From Candidatus Krumholzibacteriia bacterium (GTDB lineage Bacteria; Krumholzibacteriota; Krumholzibacteriia; LZORAL124-64-63), in assembly GCA_036351155.1 (NCBI GenBank), contig JAZBOO010000122.1, positions 1-19,746 of the forward strand: a stretch of 19,746 nucleotides of DNA. The letters are read 5' to 3'. A program made the translations under genes and the position numbers. Under the pieces are notes generated by a model. It saw only the letters and a list, made by a program, of their open reading frames with translations, was not told the origin of the DNA and searched no databases. This document shows positions 15,046 to 19,746 of the stretch, in pieces. Position 1 is the stretch's first letter; each line of letters begins with the position of its first letter.

Positions 15046-16047
15046 ATGTTGACCATTGATGATGTGCGCCAGGCAGTCCGGACCATTCACGGCAAGGTGC
15101 ACCGGACCCCGGTGCTGACCTGTCGTGCCCTGGATGACCTGGCCGGAGCCTCGTTCTTTTTCAAGTGTGAAAATTTCCAGAAGGTGGGCGCCTTCAAGGC
15201 CCGCGGCGCCACCAACGCCGTTTTTTCGCTGAACGATGATGACGCAGGCAAGGGCGTGGCCACCCACTCCTCGGGCAACCATGCCCAGGCCCTGGCCCTT
15301 GCGGCTCGCCAGCGGGGAATTCCAGCCTATGTGGTCATGCCCACCAGTGCTCCCGAGGTCAAGCGGCGCGCGGTGGCCGGCTACGGAGCCGAGATCATCG
15401 ACTGCGCCCCCACCCTGGCGGCTCGTGAAAGTACGCTGGACTCGGTGGTGGCGCGGACCGGTGCCCATTTCGTGCATCCTTACGACAATCCCTTGATCAT
15501 CGCCGGGCAAGGCACGGCCGCCCTGGAACTGCTGGAAGAGGTGCCGGATCTGGATATCATCATGGCCCCGGTGGGAGGGGGCGGCTTGCTGGCCGGCACC
15601 GCTCTGGCCACTGCGGCGCTGGCGCCCAACGCCCGGATCGTGGCCGGAGAACCGGCCGGGGCTGACGATGCAGCGCGCTCGCTGCTGGCCGGAAAGGTCA
15701 TTCCTTCGGTCAATCCCCGCACCATTGCCGATGGCTTGCTGACCTCCCTGGGTCGCTTGAATTTTCCGATCATCCAGAACCATGTGGAGGCCATCTGGAC
15801 GGTGGACGATCCGGCCATCGCCGCGGCCATGCGCCTGGTCTGGGAACGGATGAAGATCATCATCGAACCTTCGAGTGCCGTCCCTCTGGCGGCGGCCCTG
15901 GCGCACCAGGGGGAGATCGCGGGCTGTCGGGTGGGGGTCATCTTCTCGGGGGGCAATGTGGATCTGGATCGGCTGCCGTGGCAGGCACCCGGCCTGAGTG
16001 CTCCTGCCCGCGGCCATCTGACCGGCACCACTCAGGAGCAGCGATGA
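15046..16047 (+). CDS. Fold-type II PLP enzyme, serine racemase / hydroxyaspartate ammonia-lyase / catabolic Ser-Thr dehydratase family
   Basis: Motifs FFKCENFQKVGAFKARGA (PLP Lys), THSSGNHAQA, HPYDN..IIAGQGT, PVGGGGL, EP..ADD, TIADGL, IEPSSA and SGGNVD. No ACT regulatory domain. Confidence 0.93.
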   Translation: MLTIDDVRQAVRTIHGKVHRTPVLTCRALDDLAGASFFFKCENFQKVGAFKARGATNAVFSLNDDDAGKGVATHSSGNHAQALALAARQRGIPAYVVMPTSAPEVKRRAVAGYGAEIIDCAPTLAARESTLDSVVARTGAHFVHPYDNPLIIAGQGTAALELLEEVPDLDIIMAPVGGGGLLAGTALATAALAPNARIVAGEPAGADDAARSLLAGKVIPSVNPRTIADGLLTSLGRLNFPIIQNHVEAIWTVDDPAIAAAMRLVWERMKIIIEPSSAVPLAAALAHQGEIAGCRVGVIFSGGNVDLDRLPWQAPGLSAPARGHLTGTTQEQR

Positions 16048-16481
16048 CCCATCTCCACCGACTCAAGGTGCGCGGCTACCACTGCGACTTCTACGGGCAC
16101 GTTAACAACGCCCGCTATCTTGAATTCCTGGAAGAGGCTCGCTGGGGCTATCTGGAAGAGGGCCTGGACCTGGGGTACTGGCAACAGCGGGGACTGGGGT
16201 TCATCGTGGCCTCGGTGACCATCAACTACCGGCGTCCCGCGGCCATGGGGGTGGACCTGGAAATCCGCAGCCACATGAGCCATCTCGGCGGCAAGAGTGG
16301 GGTCATCCACCAGGAAGTGGTGAACCTGGCCACCGGGAAAACGGTGGCCGATGCCGATGTGACCTTCGTGGTGGTGAATCTGGCCACGGGGAAAGCCCAG
16401 GCCATGTCCGGTGAAGTCCGGGAAGGGTTCGACCGCGTGGCCGCCGGTCTGGCCGCCCGTCAGGATCAGGCAGATGACTGA
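16044..16481 (+). CDS. Hotdog-fold acyl-CoA thioesterase (4HBT/YbgC/FadM family)
   Basis: Signature VRGYHCDFYGHVNNARYLEFLEEARW and INYRRPA. ATG 16044 overlaps the upstream stop (ATGA). Confidence 0.93.
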   Translation: MTHLHRLKVRGYHCDFYGHVNNARYLEFLEEARWGYLEEGLDLGYWQQRGLGFIVASVTINYRRPAAMGVDLEIRSHMSHLGGKSGVIHQEVVNLATGKTVADADVTFVVVNLATGKAQAMSGEVREGFDRVAAGLAARQDQADD

Positions 16482-17739
16482 CCGCAGGGAGAATCCTGCG
16501 GGTCTGCGCCACGCCCTGCAAGCCCTGGGGCCGGGCATCCTTTTTGCCGGGGCGGCCATCGGCGTTTCCCATCTCGTGCAATCGACCCGGGCGGGAGCGG
16601 GCTACGGCTTCGATCTGCTGTGGGCTGTTCTGCTGGTCCTGCTTTTCAAGTATCCCTTTTTTCAGTATGCCCACCGATACACCGTGGCCACCGGCGAAAG
16701 TCTGCTGGAGGGCTACCGGCGGCAGGGGCGCTGGGCCCTGGGTCTTTTCATGCTGGTGGTGGTGGTCAGTGCGTTCATCACCGCGGCCGCGGTCACGGTG
16801 GTCACGGCCGGCCTGTTGACCGCTCTGCTGGGCTTGAAGCTGGGGCTGGGTACGGTCAGTTTTCTGGTGCTGGCCTTGATCGTGGCCATTCTGGTGATCG
16901 GCCACTACCGCGTACTGGACCGATTGATGAAGGTGATGGTGCTGGTGCTGGGTGCGCTGACCTTGATCGCCGTCGGCGTGGCTGCCGCCCATGGGCCGGT
17001 GGGCGCTCCGGATTTTCCACGTCCCGATGTCTGGTCCGTCACCGGACTCACCTTCGTGCTGGCCTTGATGGGATGGATGCCCGCCCCGCTGGACATCGGG
17101 GTGTGGTCGTCGCTGTGGATCCTGGAGAAGCACGAGGACAAACCCCGACCCTCCATGCTCCAGGCCAATGTGGATTTCCATCTGGGCTATTTAGCCACCG
17201 CGGTGCTGGCGGTGGCCTTTGTCAGCTTCGGAGCCCTGGTCATGTTCGGAACCGGCACCGAGTTTTCCGCCGGCGGGGTGGCCTTCAGCCGCCAGCTGAT
17301 CGACATGTACACGGCCACTCTGGGGGGCTGGAGCCGATGGATCATCGCGCTGGTGGCCTTCATCACCATGTTCTCCACCACCTTGACGGTCATGGACGGA
17401 TACGCACGTACGCTGGGACACGGGGCCGCTCTCCTGTTCCGTGGCCAATCGACCATGGCCCCGGGTCTGTATCTGGGGCTGCTGGGTTTGCTGCTGGGGA
17501 TGTCGGTGCTGATCATCGGGGTGCTCATCCAGAGCATGCACGCCCTGGTCGATGTGGTCACGGTCCTGGCCTTCCTGACCGCTCCCCTGGTGGCGGTGCT
17601 CAACTTTCGTGCCGTACGATCAGCGGCCGTGCCCCCGCAGTACCGTCCCGGCCGCTTCATGACCGTTCTCAGCTGGGCAGGTCTGGTTTTCCTGGTGGGG
17701 TTCAGCCTGGTTTGGGTCTGGTTGCGCTGGTTGCGCTGA
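16474..17739 (+). CDS. Nramp-related (APC superfamily) membrane transporter
   Basis: About 11 TM segments. Motifs LGPGILFAGAAIGVSHLVQSTRAGA.YG, KYPFF...RY...TGESLLEGY, LMGWMPAP and MFSTTLTVMDG. The start overlaps the thioesterase end by 8 nt. Confidence 0.88.
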   Translation: MTDRRENPAGLRHALQALGPGILFAGAAIGVSHLVQSTRAGAGYGFDLLWAVLLVLLFKYPFFQYAHRYTVATGESLLEGYRRQGRWALGLFMLVVVVSAFITAAAVTVVTAGLLTALLGLKLGLGTVSFLVLALIVAILVIGHYRVLDRLMKVMVLVLGALTLIAVGVAAAHGPVGAPDFPRPDVWSVTGLTFVLALMGWMPAPLDIGVWSSLWILEKHEDKPRPSMLQANVDFHLGYLATAVLAVAFVSFGALVMFGTGTEFSAGGVAFSRQLIDMYTATLGGWSRWIIALVAFITMFSTTLTVMDGYARTLGHGAALLFRGQSTMAPGLYLGLLGLLLGMSVLIIGVLIQSMHALVDVVTVLAFLTAPLVAVLNFRAVRSAAVPPQYRPGRFMTVLSWAGLVFLVGFSLVWVWLRWLR

Positions 17740-17776
17740 AAAAAAGCCCGCCGGGAGATCGTGTCTGCCGGCGGGC
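17739..17776 (-). terminator. Intrinsic terminator for the minus-strand gene, between convergent genes
   Basis: Stem GCCCGCCGG (17746-17754) / CCGGCGGGC (17768-17776). A7 at 17739-17745 gives a U7 tail on the minus strand. Confidence 0.8.
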
Positions 17777-17790
17777 CCCATCAAACATTA

Positions 17791-18765
17791 TCACTTCCCG
17801 GAACCGGCCTCCAGCTGGTCGAACGCTTCTCGCATTCCTGACTGCAAAGCCTTCACATCAGCCTCGGACCAGGCCGATTCCTCTTCCCGGATGAAGCTGG
17901 TCTTGTCCACCCGGTTGTCGAAGCGGCCGAGGGGCAGGAAATAAGACTTTCCATCCCTGTCCACCTGCACCGTGTTGGGCTTGGCCGATTGCTCCAGCTG
18001 ATAGGCCATGTCACACACGCCGTAGTCGCCATACATCACGGCCAGAGGCACGCCATGGTGCAGGATGCTGCCCGGGTCGTTGGGGTCGGTGCGCGCGGCA
18101 TTCTTGCGGCGGCTCTCCTCGGGTTCCACCCAGATGTACAGGATGCTGGCCTTGGCCAGGATGGCCGGACTCAGCTGGGCCAGGCTGGCCTTGTAGCCGA
18201 AGGGGTGGACCAGGGGGAAAGGTGAGCCGTCGGCGCCGCCGCGGGCAAATTCGATGACCACCGTCTTGCCCTCGAGGGTGTCGGGGACCTCGGCCACCTT
18301 GTCGTTCAGCAGGGTTCGGGCCTCGTCCTCGATGGGACCGGCGATTTCCCTGCGCAGATCCTCGTCCAGGGTGCTGATGATGGCCTCGCCGCCGGCGCGC
18401 ACCCGCGCCGCGTCGATCCGGTCGAACAGCCAGAGGGCGGCCGACTCGGGAGCGGGGCGGTTCTTCTGGACCAGATCCTCGTAGTCCTCGTTCAGCAGCT
18501 CGATCAGCGTGAGCCAGTCGATGGGATTGCGGAAGGGCAGGGCCGGGGAAAGGAAAAACATTCCCGTATGGCCCCGGTCCGTCAGCTCGTCCGTGATGCG
18601 CCGCATGATGTGCACGTAGGGGAAATCATCCAGCTGAACGGTGTGGCCGATGCCGAACTGCTCGTGGCACTGCTCGGGGCTAAGGCTGGCCAGGTAGCGG
18701 CGGGCCTCGGACTTGCCGCTGGCGGGCAGGGCCAGCAGAAGCAGGATGTCGATATGCTTGGACAT
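17791..18765 (-). CDS. Hypothetical P-loop NTPase with NMP/small-molecule kinase-like fold
   Basis: N-terminal strand plus Walker A-like ILLLLALPASGKSE, then QLDD, Walker B-like VVIEFARG and lid-like ILYIWVEPEESRRKNAAR. AAAGGAAG SD before ATG 18765. Confidence 0.8.
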   Translation of the reverse strand: MSKHIDILLLLALPASGKSEARRYLASLSPEQCHEQFGIGHTVQLDDFPYVHIMRRITDELTDRGHTGMFFLSPALPFRNPIDWLTLIELLNEDYEDLVQKNRPAPESAALWLFDRIDAARVRAGGEAIISTLDEDLRREIAGPIEDEARTLLNDKVAEVPDTLEGKTVVIEFARGGADGSPFPLVHPFGYKASLAQLSPAILAKASILYIWVEPEESRRKNAARTDPNDPGSILHHGVPLAVMYGDYGVCDMAYQLEQSAKPNTVQVDRDGKSYFLPLGRFDNRVDKTSFIREEESAWSEADVKALQSGMREAFDQLEAGSGK

Positions 18766-18951
18766 GGTCTTCCTTTCGGGGTGCTTTCGAGGGATTTTCG
18801 AAGGATTTGCTTTGTCCGACAGTATTCTATCTGGGCGGGCGAACGTCAAGGTTTGGGGTCGTGCCGGAGGATTCAGGGGTCAAGTTTGGGGGCCATCCGG
18901 TCGATAGGAATAGTCCGGTATATCTGTGACTGTATCCTCTGGAGGGTTTTC

Positions 18952-19746
18952 ATGCGTCCCGTGCTGTCGAATGCCTGTTCCCGCGTTTCGCGCCATCATC
19001 TGGTGTTTGCCCTGGCAGTGCTGCTGGTTTTCATGGCCCTGATGGCGTCCAGGGCCTGGGCCGCCAGTGAGGCGCCTGTGCCCCAGCGGGCACCCGAGCC
19101 GGATGCCGTGACCCGCTTGATTGAGTCCCGGGGTTTCATCTCCCCCTCCTTTTCGCGGGCCCATGTGACCGGTGCGGTGGCGAGTACGAAGGACGGAACC
19201 CGGGACCTTCCGGCGGCCTATGACGCACGCAGTCAGGGCCATGTCAGTCCGGTGAAGAATCAGTCGAACTGCGGTTCCTGCTACGCCTTTGGCACGGCGG
19301 CGGACCTGGAATCGCGTCTGCTGGTCGACGGCCAGGGGCTGTTCGACATCTCGGAAAACCACATCAAGGAATGCAACTACCAGAACGCCAGCTGTGGCGG
19401 CGGCAACCAGTTCATGACCATGTCTCTGCTGACTCGTCAGGGGGCGGTCCTGGAGGGATGCGACCCTTACGTGGCAGCCGACGTGGGCTGCGCCACCGGG
19501 TGTGCCCACCAGTTCCTGGTGACGGAGTGGCTGGAGCTTTCCGGAAACACCGCGCCTGATCCGGCGATTCTGAAGCAGTACATCATGGACCACGGTCCCA
19601 TCCACACCACCGTGTACGCCGGCCTGGGCGATGCCTGGCAAACCACCTTCAACAACTACAACGGCACCGGTGTGCTGTACTCGGCCACCAGCTATCCCCA
19701 GCCCAACCACTCGGTCTTCATCGTGGGCTGGGACGACACCCTGGTC
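18952..19746 (+). CDS. Secreted papain-family (C1A) cysteine peptidase, 3'-truncated by window
   Basis: Hand translation from ATG 18952 (GGAGG SD at 18941-18945) is open to the window end. It shows a signal peptide ending AWA-A, then LPAAYDAR, PVKNQSNCGSCYAF (oxyanion Gln; catalytic Cys at 19279-19281), DISENHIKEC, SCGGG, HGPI and NHSVFIVGWDD (catalytic His at 19708-19710). Missing from the ORF track. Confidence 0.95.
   Translation, partial: MRPVLSNACSRVSRHHLVFALAVLLVFMALMASRAWAASEAPVPQRAPEPDAVTRLIESRGFISPSFSRAHVTGAVASTKDGTRDLPAAYDARSQGHVSPVKNQSNCGSCYAFGTAADLESRLLVDGQGLFDISENHIKECNYQNASCGGGNQFMTMSLLTRQGAVLEGCDPYVAADVGCATGCAHQFLVTEWLELSGNTAPDPAILKQYIMDHGPIHTTVYAGLGDAWQTTFNNYNGTGVLYSATSYPQPNHSVFIVGWDDTLV

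Noticed and set aside
18821..18849. Minus-strand sigma70-like promoter TTGACG ... TAGAAT for the P-loop gene
   Set aside because: The spacer is only 14 nt, and the 17-nt alternative AATACT lacks the first T. It may be real but is not supportable as a call.
18880..19710. 276-aa minus-strand ORF in the ORF track
   Set aside because: Antisense to the clear C1A peptidase on the plus strand, which the track missed because it has no stop in the window.
1..19746. CRISPR arrays, tRNA/rRNA, IS/integrase, recoding (Sec/Pyl readthrough, programmed frameshifts), defence or phage genes
   Set aside because: No spaced repeats, cloverleafs, transposase motifs or interrupted reading frames were seen. All genes fully inside the window appear intact.

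Overview
Gene-dense, GC-rich bacterial chromosomal window. I found no tRNA/rRNA, CRISPR array, transposase or integrase. Gene order: 3' end of an archaeal/eukaryote-type proS; a cytoplasmic PAS-PAS hybrid histidine kinase; a convergent, translationally coupled minus-strand pair (about 685-aa helical/HEAT-like protein plus an HD-GYP phosphodiesterase); pdxS-pdxT; a lipoprotein with three Cys-bracketed beta-sandwich repeats; a secreted hypothetical protein; a Cof-type HAD phosphatase; a group II PLP decarboxylase; a stand-alone DsbD N-terminal domain protein; an RRM RNA-binding protein with a terminator; a 40-aa single-TM microprotein (missing from the ORF track) coupled to a sodium:solute symporter; an overlapping operon of a serine-racemase-like enzyme, a thioesterase and an Nramp-like transporter; an orphan P-loop kinase-fold protein; and a secreted papain-family (C1A) protease cut off by the window end (also missing from the ORF track). 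The best candidate for an undescribed system is the HEAT-like/HD-GYP pair, whose members appear to share an unnamed N-terminal 'Y-x3-H' domain. Other leads are the symporter microprotein with its structured leader, the orphan P-loop protein, and the clustering of vitamin B6 genes. Family assignments come from motif recognition by eye; no searches were run.
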